DNA of 64,000 nucleotides from an uncultured Candidatus Rokubacteria bacterium (lineage in GTDB: Bacteria > Methylomirabilota > Methylomirabilia > Rokubacteriales > CSP1-6): the NCBI GenBank assembly GCA_963789955.1, contig CAWBMV010000003.1:64001-128000 (forward strand), read 5' to 3'. The notes under the pieces were generated by a model. It was not told the DNA's origin. It saw only the letters and a list, made by a program, of their open reading frames with translations, and did no database searches. Below, in pieces: positions 20,042 through 29,790 of this stretch. Positions within the stretch are counted from its first letter, which is position 1. Each line of letters starts with the position of its first letter. The position numbers and the translations under genes are program-made.

Positions 20042-20048
20042 CAGGCCG

Positions 20049-21169
20049 ATGAGTGGGGCGACGAGACCGCCGTTCCGCGCCGACCACGTCGGCAGCCTGC
20101 TGCGCCCGCCCGAGCTCCAGGACTGCACGAGCCAGCGCCGCCCGCGGCGAGATCGATCGCGCCGCGCTGCGCGCGGTCGAGGACCGCGCGATCCGCGAGG
20201 CGGTCACGCTGCAGGAAGTCGTCGGCCTTCAGTCGATCACCGACGGCGAGTTCCGCCGCGACTGGTGGCACATCGACTTCCTGCCGGCTTCGACGGCGTG
20301 GAGCTACCGCGAGGCGAGCGCTTCGGCGTGCAGTTCAAGGGCGCCGACGAGCAAGCCGCCGACTCATGAAGGTGACCGGCAAGCTGCGGCGCACCAGGCC
20401 CAGCATGCTCGATCATTTCCAGTTTCTGAAGTCGGCGACCACGCGCACGCCGAAGTTCACGCATGCCGTCGCCGGCCATGCTGCACGCGCGCGGCGACCG
20501 GCTCGATCGCGCAAGACCTACCCGGACTCGAGGCCGAGTTCTGGGCCGATCTGACGCGGTGCTATCGCGAGGAGATCGCGCGACCTGTACCAGGCCGGCT
20601 GCCGCTACCTGCAGATCGACGACACCACCATCGCCATGTTCGGCGATCCGAAGGTGCAGGAGCAGTTCGCGAAGCTCGGCGACGATCCGAAGAAGGACGT
20701 CGGCGCTCTACGCCGCAGGCGGTGAACGCCGCGATCCGCGACGTGCCCGACGACATGACGGTCGCGATCCACACCTGCCGCGGCAACTTCAAGAGCACCT
20801 GGCTGGCGAGCGGCGGCTACGACTACGTGGCCGAGACCGCGTTCTCGACGCTCGACGTCGACGGCGTTCTTCCTCGAGTTCGACGACCGACCGCGCGGGC
20901 GGCTTCGAGCCGCTGCGCTACGTGCCCGAAGGGCAAGAAGGTCGTGCTCGGCCTGGTCAGCTCCAAGATTCCCGACGCTCGAGACGAAGGACGCCCTCAA
21001 GCGCCGCATCGAGTCGGCCGCGAAGTACGTGCCGCTCGAAAACCTCTGCCTCAGCCCGCAGTGCGGCTTCTCCAGCACGCACCACGGCAACAAGGTCACC
21101 GTGGACGATCAGAAGCGCAAGCTGGCGCTGGCGCTCGAGGTCGCGCGTGAGGTCTGGGGCACGAGCTAG
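20049..21169 (+). CDS. Core MetE-like (methionine synthase II family) protein, heavily frameshifted
   Basis: PPFRADHVGSLLRP, ITDGEFRR, YLQIDD, IHTCRGNF, VVLGLVSSK, LSPQCGF. Confidence 0.85.
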
Positions 21170-21170
21170 G

Positions 21171-21432
21171 CTGGTCTCGGTGGTTCCCCCGCTCGGATTC
21201 TCTCCAGGTCTCGTGTATCTGAACTTCCACTCTTGACAGGCTTCTGCGGCGTAGATGCGGCGTCTGCGAGCTGGCTCCGCAAACGCCGCGCTGGTGGGCC
21301 TCAGAAGGTTCGGGATGCGTATCGGCGCGCGCCCACGCGAAAAGGCCGCGACAGCGTCGCGATCGCCTCGCGGCGCGCCACACAGGTCGGTCCGAAATCG
21401 CGCAGTAGAGTCTCTTCAACAGGAGACTCACG
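21171..21432 (+). other. Structured non-coding leader of the DUF222-HNH gene
   Basis: Hairpins GCGGCGT..ACGCCGC (21257-21289), CGCGAC/GTCGCG, and GAGTCTC/GAGACTC (21408-21429) overlapping the AGGAG RBS. Confidence 0.5.
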
Positions 21433-22755
21433 ATGAACGTGCTGATGACCGCCGTGATCGATCCCGATCCCGCGACCGCTGATCTCGATCGCTTGGGCGA
21501 CGAGATCGCCGAGCTCTCCGCGCATCTCGAAGCGGCGACCGCGCGTCTTCTCGATCTGATCCGCGAGTTCGATGCTCGCGAAGGCTGGAACAATGGCTTT
21601 AGGTCTTGCGCGGCCTGGCTGAGCTGGCGCGTGGGATATGCGCCGGGCGCGGCTCGAGAGCACGTCCGAGTGGCGCGCGCGCTCGGCACGCTGCCGTTGC
21701 TGTCGCAAGCACTCGCCCGCGGCGAGCTGTCTTATGCCAAGGTCCGTGAGCTGACCCGTGTGGCCACGCCCGAGACGGAAGCGAGACTGTTAGCGGTGGC
21801 CCGCTCCGGCACCGCCGAACACGTGGAGCGGATCGTGCGTGGCTGGCGCCGGATGGACCGCAGGGCCGAGGCTCAGGAAGCCGCTCGTCATCACACGGCT
21901 CGTGCGCTGCACGTGTATCAAGACGAAGACGGTGCGGTCAGGATCCGAGGGCGGCTGGCGCCGGAGGTGGGCGCCGTGCTCCTGAAGGCGCTGGAGGCGG
22001 CGCGTGAGAGCCTACATCAGCAGCGCCATGAGGCGGCGCCCGACGCCGACCCGCCGACGATGGAGCAGCAGCAGGCCGACGCGCTGGTGTTGCTCGCCGA
22101 GACCGCGCTCCACCAGGGCATCGATCCCGGCACCCCGGGAGAGCGGTACCAGGTCGTTGTGCACGTCGACGCTGCCGTCCTGGTCGACGCCGAGCAAACT
22201 GGGCAGTCCGTGCTCGAGGGCGGCCAGCGCGTTCCGGCCGGAACGTCGCAGCGCCTGGCCTGCGATGCAACCCGGGTCGTGATGCGCCACGACTCCGACG
22301 GGCGTGTCATCGAAGTCGGCGCCCGCACCCGCACGATCCCGCCCGCGCTACGCCGCGCGCTTCAGCATCGTGACCAGGGCTGTCGATTCCCCGGCTGCGG
22401 CGTGCGCTTCGGCCAGGGTCATCATATCCGCCACTGGGCCCATGGGGGCCCGACGACGCTCTCGAACCTCACCATGCTGTGTCGTCGGCACCATCGCGCG
22501 ATCCACGAGGAGGGCTACCGGGTAGAACGCCAGCCGGACGGCGAGCTTCAGTTCAGGCGACCGAATGGCTGGATCATCCCAGCAGTGCCGCCGTCTGCCG
22601 ATCTGCCGGCGGATCCCGTGGCCGTCATCCGCGCGCGGCACGCGGAGCACGGATGCGCGCTGCAGGCGCGCACGACGATGCCGCTCTGGCAGGGTCAGCG
22701 CTTGGACGTAGGCTACGCGATCGACGTGCTGCACCCGTTGGCGCGCGGCGAGTAG
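21433..22755 (+). CDS. DUF222 (13E12-repeat-like) protein with C-terminal HNH endonuclease
   Basis: SCAAWLSW...AREHVRVARAL..LP, RLACDA, RDQGCRFPGC..HHIRHWAHGGPTTLSNLTMLCRRHH. Confidence 0.9.
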   Translation: MNVLMTAVIDPDPATADLDRLGDEIAELSAHLEAATARLLDLIREFDAREGWNNGFRSCAAWLSWRVGYAPGAAREHVRVARALGTLPLLSQALARGELSYAKVRELTRVATPETEARLLAVARSGTAEHVERIVRGWRRMDRRAEAQEAARHHTARALHVYQDEDGAVRIRGRLAPEVGAVLLKALEAARESLHQQRHEAAPDADPPTMEQQQADALVLLAETALHQGIDPGTPGERYQVVVHVDAAVLVDAEQTGQSVLEGGQRVPAGTSQRLACDATRVVMRHDSDGRVIEVGARTRTIPPALRRALQHRDQGCRFPGCGVRFGQGHHIRHWAHGGPTTLSNLTMLCRRHHRAIHEEGYRVERQPDGELQFRRPNGWIIPAVPPSADLPADPVAVIRARHAEHGCALQARTTMPLWQGQRLDVGYAIDVLHPLARGE

Positions 22756-22782
22756 CACGATTGCTAGGGACCCGTCGCCCAG

Positions 22783-23811
22783 CTACCGAAACGCCGGCAA
22801 CACCTCGCGCGCGAAGCGTTCCATCGAGCGCATCACGCGTGCATGCTCCAGATCGCCGAACCAGAAGCTGCAGTTGAAGTGCGTGATGCCGACCAGCTCC
22901 TCGACGCGTTTGATCTGACGGATCACCGTGTCCGGTGTGCCGATGACCAGGAAGCGGTCCAGGAGATCGTCGGTGTCGGGCTCCTTCGGTGCCGGGACGG
23001 GGATCGCGCGGCCGCGCTCGACGCGCTCGTACTGGTTGCGGAGTGAGAGCGTCACGCGCATGTTCCAGCGCGCCTCCTCGGCGGCCGCGCGCGCGTCGGC
23101 CTGGCTCTCGGCCACGTAGACTGCGCGCTGGACGCCGACCCGCAGCGGGTGCGCGGGCTTGAACTCGCCGACCAGTCGGTCGAAGAGCCGGCGGAACTCG
23201 GCCATGCGTTCGATCGGCACGCCGAAGCCGCCGGTGAGCACGTTGAACCCGCGGCGCACCGCCGCCTCCACCGACTCCGGACTCTGCGCCGTGATCCAGA
23301 TCGGCGGGCGCGGCTGCTGGAGAGGTTGCGGAAAGATCGTCGTCTCCGGGATCTTGAAGAGCTTGCCGTCGTAGGTGAAGGGCTGGCCCTCGAAGGCCTT
23401 CAGGAGGATATCGACCGATTCCTCCCAGCGCGCGCGTCCGCTCTCGAGCTCGAGGCCGAAGCGCTCGAACTCGTAGGGCTGATAGCCGCGCCCGAGGCCG
23501 ACGTCGAGGCGCCCGCCCGACAGGAGGTCGAGCGTCGCGATCTCCTCGGCGATGACCAGGGGATGATGGAGCGGAACGACGATGACCGCGGTGCCCACGC
23601 GGATCCGCGTCGTCTTGGCCGCGATGTAGGTCGCGAGCTGCGCCGGGCGCGAGAGATAGCCGTAGGTCGAGAAGTGATGCTCGGCGAGCCAGACGTTGCC
23701 GAAGCCGAGGGTCTCGGCCGCCTGCGCCATCTCGACGCCGCGCGCGTAGATCTCTTGGGACGAGCGCGCGGATGGCGACTGCATCAGGAGGAACGTACCG
23801 AAGTTGATCAT
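22783..23811 (-). CDS. LLM class flavin-dependent oxidoreductase (luciferase-like)
   Basis: VWLAEHHFS, IRVGTAV, LDLLSGGRLDVGLGRG, PQPLQQPRPPIW. Confidence 0.9.
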   Translation of the reverse strand: MINFGTFLLMQSPSARSSQEIYARGVEMAQAAETLGFGNVWLAEHHFSTYGYLSRPAQLATYIAAKTTRIRVGTAVIVVPLHHPLVIAEEIATLDLLSGGRLDVGLGRGYQPYEFERFGLELESGRARWEESVDILLKAFEGQPFTYDGKLFKIPETTIFPQPLQQPRPPIWITAQSPESVEAAVRRGFNVLTGGFGVPIERMAEFRRLFDRLVGEFKPAHPLRVGVQRAVYVAESQADARAAAEEARWNMRVTLSLRNQYERVERGRAIPVPAPKEPDTDDLLDRFLVIGTPDTVIRQIKRVEELVGITHFNCSFWFGDLEHARVMRSMERFAREVLPAFR

Positions 23812-24668
23812 CGCGTGTACCAGGGGTGTGGACGCCCCGGCACCTTGACGCGCAGGGCGTACACCGACGTGCGAGCCGTGAGGAACAACGTCCGGAGATC
23901 GGGGCCGCCGAAGGCGCAGTTCGCCGGGACCTCGGGGGTGCGGATGATGCCGAGTCGCGTGCCGTCGGGAGCGAACACCCACGTCCCACCCGGACCCGTG
24001 CAGAACACGCGACCCTCCATGTCGACCTTCATGCCGTCGGGCACGCCGTCCGTCTCGTCGGATGACATGTCGGCGAAGATGCGGCGCCGGAGGAGCTTGC
24101 CGTCTCCCCCGATTTCGAGGGCGTGGATGTACTGCGTCCAGCGTGTGTTGGCCACGTAGAGGACGCGCTCGTCCGGCGAGAACGCCAGGCCGTTGGGGTA
24201 TTCGCAGTCGGCGACGAGCGAGGTCTTGCCGTCAGGCGCGATGCGATAGACGCCGGCCGATGCAAGCTCGCGGTCGGCGAGCGGCACGCGCAGGCCCGGG
24301 TCGGTGAAGTAGATCCCCCCGTCGGATCTGCAGACGACGTCGTTGGGCCGGTTCAGGCGCTTGCCCTCGAAGCGGTCCATCAGGACCTCGCTCTGGCCGC
24401 CGGTCCAGCGAGTCACGCGGCGATTGCCGCCCTCGCAGATGACCAGGCGGCCCAGCAGATCGAACGTCATGCCGTTGCCCTCGCCGGTGTTCGAGCGTAT
24501 GAGCTCGGGCGCCTTGCCGGGCGTGAGCTTGTGCAGGTGGCTCCGGCGGATGTCGACGAAGTAGTAGAAGCCGTCCGGGTGCCAGAGCGGACCCTCGGTG
24601 AAGACGAAGCCGGTAGCCAGCCGTTCGGCCTCCTTCGATTCGAGAATTCCGTCCAGCGCGTCGCTCAT
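23808..24668 (-). CDS. SMP-30/gluconolactonase/LRE family protein
   Basis: FTEGPLW, GNGMTFD, LNRPNDV, PNGLAFSPD, PDGMKVD, ANCAFGG. Confidence 0.92.
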   Translation of the reverse strand: MSDALDGILESKEAERLATGFVFTEGPLWHPDGFYYFVDIRRSHLHKLTPGKAPELIRSNTGEGNGMTFDLLGRLVICEGGNRRVTRWTGGQSEVLMDRFEGKRLNRPNDVVCRSDGGIYFTDPGLRVPLADRELASAGVYRIAPDGKTSLVADCEYPNGLAFSPDERVLYVANTRWTQYIHALEIGGDGKLLRRRIFADMSSDETDGVPDGMKVDMEGRVFCTGPGGTWVFAPDGTRLGIIRTPEVPANCAFGGPDLRTLFLTARTSVYALRVKVPGRPHPWYTR

Positions 24669-24672
24669 CGTG

Positions 24673-25581
24673 TCAGGCCCCTCGATTCTTCGTCCGGAGC
24701 TCGACGCCGGCGCGCTCCTCCTGAAGCTTGAAGAACGTCATCGAGTCCTTGTCGCCCCAGCCGCGGCCGAGCGCTTCCTCGAGCTGCTGCTCGGCGAGCG
24801 CGGCGATCATCATCGGCACGTGGTACTCGCGGCCGAGCTCGGTCGCGAGGCCGACGTCCTTGCGGAGCAGCCGGAGCGCGAAGTTCACGTCGTCGAAGGC
24901 GCCGGGGAACACGGTGTTTGGAATCATGTCCTTGAGCACGCGGCCCTGACCGAACGAGCTCTTGGACAGCGCGTCGAGCAGCACCTCGGGCGCCACGCCG
25001 GCCTTGACCCCGAGCGTCATGCCCTCGGCGATGGCCATGCGCGAGCACGCTGACACCATGTTGTGCACGAGCTTCGCGACCGTGCCGCAACCGATGCCGC
25101 CGACCCAGGTCACCTTGTCGCCGATGGCATCGAGCACCGGCTTGACCCGCTTGTAGAGCGCCTCGTCGCCGCCGACCAGCACCGCGAGCTTGCCCGAGCG
25201 CGCGCCGGGCACGCCGCCGCTCACGGGCGCATCGAGCACGTCGACACCGCGCTCGGCGCAGATGCCGTGGAGCTTGCGAATCAACGTCGCGGAGTTCGTC
25301 GAGAGATCGACGTAGAGCGTGCCGCGCACGGCGCCTTCGAGAATGCCGTTGGCGCCGAGCACCACGGATTCGACCTCGCGGGGACCGGGGAGCGAGGTGA
25401 AGACGACCTCGCTGGATTGGGCGACCGCCTTGGGGGTGTCGGCCCACCTGGCACCCAGTGCGAGATGGGGCTTGGCCAGATCGTGTCGGATGTCGGTGAC
25501 GACCATCTGATGTCCGGCCTTCAGAACGTTGAGGGCCATGGGTCCGCCCATGTTGCCGAGCCCGATGAAGCCGACGCGCAT
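24673..25581 (-). CDS. NAD(P)-dependent beta-hydroxyacid dehydrogenase (3-hydroxyisobutyrate/tartronate semialdehyde reductase family)
   Basis: GFIGLGNMGGPMA, DAPVSGG, GTVAKLVHN, LLRKDV. Confidence 0.9.
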   Translation of the reverse strand: MRVGFIGLGNMGGPMALNVLKAGHQMVVTDIRHDLAKPHLALGARWADTPKAVAQSSEVVFTSLPGPREVESVVLGANGILEGAVRGTLYVDLSTNSATLIRKLHGICAERGVDVLDAPVSGGVPGARSGKLAVLVGGDEALYKRVKPVLDAIGDKVTWVGGIGCGTVAKLVHNMVSACSRMAIAEGMTLGVKAGVAPEVLLDALSKSSFGQGRVLKDMIPNTVFPGAFDDVNFALRLLRKDVGLATELGREYHVPMMIAALAEQQLEEALGRGWGDKDSMTFFKLQEERAGVELRTKNRGA

Positions 25582-25713
25582 GAGTGCCTCCTCTTCCGCC
25601 TGCAACGATGTGCTAAGGTACACCAACGTCGGCCCGGTTTGGCGCCGGGCCGCGCAGTGCGTACACTGTGTTTTTGACAGCATAATAAACCCGAAGCGAA
25701 GCGGAGACCTCGC

Positions 25714-26590
25714 GTGCGACGATTCGAGCTGATTCTTCCTGGCAGCGTTGACGAGTGCATCAAGGCCCTGGCCCCAGGTGGTCCCGAGTCCAAGCTGCTG
25801 GCCGGCGGCACCGACCTTCTTCCACAGCTCAAGAACGGCCTGCTCAAACCTGGCCGCGTGATCGATCTCTCGGGCGTGGCCCGACTGCGCGACGATCGAG
25901 GCCGGCAACGGCAAGGGGCTCAGGATCGGCTCCGCGGTGACCGCGCGGACGCTCGAGCTCGATCGAGCCGTCCGTGCGAGCTATCTGTCGCTCGCCGAGA
26001 GCGGCGCGCTCGTGGGCTCGGTGCAGGTGCGCAACCTGGCCACGCTCGGCGGCAACATCTGCAACGCCGCGCCGTCGGCAGACATGGCGCCGCCGCTGCT
26101 GGCGCTCGACGCCGAGGCGGTGATCACCGGGCCCAAGGGCGAGCGCCGGGTGCCGATCACGACGTTCTTCACCGGAGTTCGGCGCACGGTGCTGGCCCCG
26201 GACGAGATCCTCGTCGAGCTCGTCGTGCCGAATCCCGGCGCGCACAGCGGCGGCAACTACCTCCGGCACACGCCCCGTCGCGAGCTCGACATCGCCGTCG
26301 TCGGCGTGGCCTCGCAGCTCACCCTCGCGAACGGCGTGTGCACCAAGGCGCGGATCGCGCTGGCCGCAGTGGCGCCGGTTCCGCTGCGGGCGACGGCCGC
26401 CGAGCAGGCGCTCGAGGGCCAGGCGGTGACTCCCGACCGGATCAAGCGCGCCGCCGACCTCGCGGTCGACGCCGCGCGCCCGATCAGCGATCAGCGCGGC
26501 TCGGCCGACTTCCGCCGCCATCTCGTGCGCGTTCTGACCCGCCGCACGCTGACCACGGCACTCGCCCGCGCGAGCGCGTCAGGCCGGTAA
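25714..26590 (+). CDS. Xanthine dehydrogenase family FAD-binding subunit (frameshift near 25890)
   Basis: LAGGTDLL, QVRNLATLGGNICNAAPSAD, PISDQRGSADFR. Confidence 0.88.
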
Positions 26591-26602
26591 GGAGAAGACG
26601 AC

Positions 26603-27086
26603 TTGGCCAAGCAGGTTCTGAATTGCACGGTGAACGACGAGCCGGCCGAGGTGCTCGTCCAGCCCTGGGACACCTTGCTCGACGCGCTTCGCGAGCGGAT
26701 GGGTCTGACGGGGCCGAAGGAAGGGTGCGGCACCGGTGACTGCGGCGCGTGCACCGTCCACCTCGACGGCAAGCCGGTCGCGAGCTGCCTCTTGCTCGCC
26801 ATGCAGGTGCGCGGCCGCAACGTGCGGACGATCGAGGGGCTCGGCAAGCCCGGCGCGCTGCACCCGGTGCAGGATGCGTTCGTACGCCACGGCGTGCCGC
26901 AGTGCGGTTTCTGCATTCCCGGGGTGCATCATGGCCGCCGCCGCGCTCTTGACCGAGAATCCGCACCCGACCGAGGAAGAGATCCGCTACGGGATCGCCG
27001 GCAACCTGTGCCGTTGCACCGGCTACACGAAGATGCTGGCCGCGATCACCGAGGCCGCCGGCGCCACCGCCGGCCGGAGGAGCTGA
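26603..27086 (+). CDS. Xanthine dehydrogenase family [2Fe-2S] subunit (frameshift near 26925)
   Basis: [31 protein letters not shown]. Confidence 0.9.
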
Positions 27087-27089
27087 GGC

Positions 27090-29397
27090 ATGTCGACCGT
27101 GATGAAGACGACCCGCGACGTGAAGGGCATCGGTCTCTCCATCCTCGCCCGGACGCGCCCGACAAGGTCACCGGCCAGGTGCAGTACGTCGCCGACCTCA
27201 ACCCGCGCGGTCTGCTGCACGCCAAGCTCCTGCGCAGCCCTCACGCCCACGCCGGATCGTGCGCATCGACGTGAGCCGGGCGCGGGCGCTGCCGGGCGTG
27301 CGCGCGGTGCTGACCGCCGCCGACATCCCCGAGCTCAAGAAGAAGGCGCCGACGCGGGCGCACGCCGTGCTGGCGATCGACCGCGTCGTGTTCGCGGGCC
27401 AGCCGGTCGCGGCCGTCGCCGCCGACGAGCTCGCGATCGCCGAGGAGGCGCTCGACCTGATCGAGGTGCAGTACGAGGTGCTGCCGGTCGCGGCCGATCC
27501 GCTCGAGTCGATGAAGCCCGGCGCCCCGCCGGTCGCCGAGCTGGGGACCGAGGCGGACACCAGCGAGGCGCTGGCCCACGGCAGCGTCGCCGGCGTCTCG
27601 ACCGAGGCCAAGCCGGCGAAGGCCGTCAACATCTCGCAGCAGGCGCGCCTGCAGCGCGGCGACGTGGCGAAGGCGTTCGCCGAGTCGGACGTGGTCATCG
27701 AGAAGACCTACCGCGTGCCGATGGTCCACCAGGGCTACCTCGAGCCGCACGCGGTCCTGGCCCAGTGGGACCGGTCCGGCAACCTGACCTTGTGGGCGAG
27801 CACGCAGGGCTCGTTCAACACGCGGTCGGAAGTCGCCGACGTGCTGGAGCTGCCGGAGAACCGCATCAAGGTCATCCCGATGGAGTGCGGCGGCGGCTTC
27901 GGCGGCAAGATCCGCGCGCTGTGCGAGCCGATCACGGCGGTGCTGGCGCGCGCGACCGGCCGGCCCGTGCGCTACGTCATGACCCGGCGCGAGGAGCTCG
28001 AGGCCGGGATGCCGGCGCCGCAGGTCATCATCCGCCTGAAGACCGGCGTGAAGCGCGACGGCACGCTGATGGCGATCGAGGCCGAGGCGATTCTCGAGTC
28101 CGGCGCGTTCTCCGGCGCGGTGCTGGCGGTGAGCGGCGTCTTCCTCGCGAGCCTCTATCTGTGGCCGAACTTCGACGTCAAGGGCTTCGAGGTTCTCACG
28201 CACAAGCCGAGCATCGCCGCGTATCGCGCGCCCGTCGCGCCGCAGACCATCTTCGCGATCGACTCGCAGATGGAGCAGATCGCGAAGGCGATCGGCGTCG
28301 ACCCGGTCGAGTTCCGCCTTCGGCACCTGCAGCGCGAAGGCGACAAGATGGCCAACAACCAGCCGTGGCTGAGCAACGGCGCCGTCGAGGTGCTGACGCG
28401 ACTCGCCGAGCACCCGTTCTGGAAGAAGCGCGCCGAGTGGAAGGCCAGCTCGAAGGACGGCAAGCTGCGCGGGACGGGCATCTCGCTCGGCGGCTGGCTC
28501 GGCGGTCTTCAGCCGACCGGCGCCACCGTGCGGCTCAACCCCGACGGCACCCTGCAGGTGATGACCGGCCAGGTCGACATCGCCGGGACCAACATCGCGC
28601 TGGCGCAGATCGCCGCCACCGCCTACGGCGTCGACATCGACAACGTGAAGATCACGACGGGCGACACCGACGTCGCGCCGATGACCGGTCTCAGCGCCGG
28701 CAGCAAGACCACGTACACCGTCGGCGTGGCCGTGATGCAAGCCGCGCAGGACGCGCGCAACCAGACGCTCGGGATCGCCGCGAAGGAGCTGGAGGCGTCG
28801 GTGCACGACCTCGAGATCGAGAATGACAAGGTCGTGGTTCGCGGCGTGCCGGACAAGGGCATCACGCTCGCGTCGATCGGCAAGAAGGGCAATCTCTACA
28901 TGTCGAAGGTCGAGCCGGTGCTCGGCACGGCGCATCCGGCCTTCTCGGTCCAGGCGCCGGCGTTCTGCGCGCAGCTCGCGCGGATCGAGGTCGATCCCGA
29001 TACCGGCGAGGTGACCCTGCACAATTTCGTCGTCGCCCAGGACGTCGGCAAGGCGATCAATCCGCTCCAGATCGAGGGCCAGATGCAGGGCGGCGCGGTC
29101 CAGAGCCTCGGCATGGCGCTGACCGAAGCGCTCATGTACGACGACAAGGCGCGGCTGACGAACCCGAGCCTGCTCGACTACCGAAAGCTCACGTCGGCCG
29201 ATCTACCGAACATCGAGACGATCATCGTGGAGAAGCCCGCGCCGCACGGCCCGTTCGGCGCCCGCGGTGTCGGCGAGCCCCCGATCGTCCCGGCGCCGGC
29301 GGCGATCGCCAACGCGATCGAGGACGCGACGGGAGTGCGGCTCACCCACTTGCCGCTCTCGTCCGAGCGGATCGCTCTGGCGATCGCGTCCGCCTGA
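27090..29397 (+). CDS. Xanthine dehydrogenase family molybdopterin-binding subunit (5' frameshifts)
   Basis: DKVTG, LRSPHAHA, YLEPH, GGGFGGK, AYRAP, IEGQMQGG, GARGVGE. Confidence 0.9.
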
Positions 29398-29734
29398 AGT
29401 CCTTGCCCTTGAAGGCGCGCAGAAACTGGCGCAGGCTGGCAGCCTCGAGGCCGAGCCGGAACTTCTGATAGCGCGCCAGGAAGTCTCGGCCGGCGGCGGT
29501 CAGGCGCATCCCACTGCGCGGGCCGCCGCCGGGCATCCGCTCGACGAACTTGAAGCCGGCCGCGCGCTCGAGCTCGCGCAGATAGCCCCACGCGTTGCGG
29601 TAGGAGAGGCCGAACTCGGACGCCGCCTTCCGCAAGGAGCCGCGCTCGTCGATCAATCGGAGCAGCTGCGCGCGTCCGCGGCCGAGCTTCGGCCCCTTGC
29701 CGAACACCACCCACACTCGTATCTTTGGGTCCAC
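29342..29734 (-). CDS. ModE-like winged-helix transcriptional regulator (DNA-binding domain only)
   Basis: LGRGRAQLLRLIDERGSLRKAASEFGLSYRNAW..., GG...GMRLT typical of the ModE N-terminus. Confidence 0.8.
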   Translation of the reverse strand: MDPKIRVWVVFGKGPKLGRGRAQLLRLIDERGSLRKAASEFGLSYRNAWGYLRELERAAGFKFVERMPGGGPRSGMRLTAAGRDFLARYQKFRLGLEAASLRQFLRAFKGKDFRRTRSPERSARTRAASG

Positions 29735-29790
29735 GTTCTAGAGGCTCGCCTCGCGTCTCGAGGGTACGCCAAGACGAAGGAGATCGGCTC

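Noticed and set aside
1835..27260. Many frameshifted genes, suggesting mass pseudogenisation or programmed frameshifting
   Set aside because: Indels cluster in blocks across unrelated genes whose motifs remain intact, which is typical of low-coverage long-read consensus error
27090..29397. Aerobic CO dehydrogenase (coxMSL) assignment
   Set aside because: The large subunit lacks the AYxCSFR motif and no cox accessory genes are adjacent
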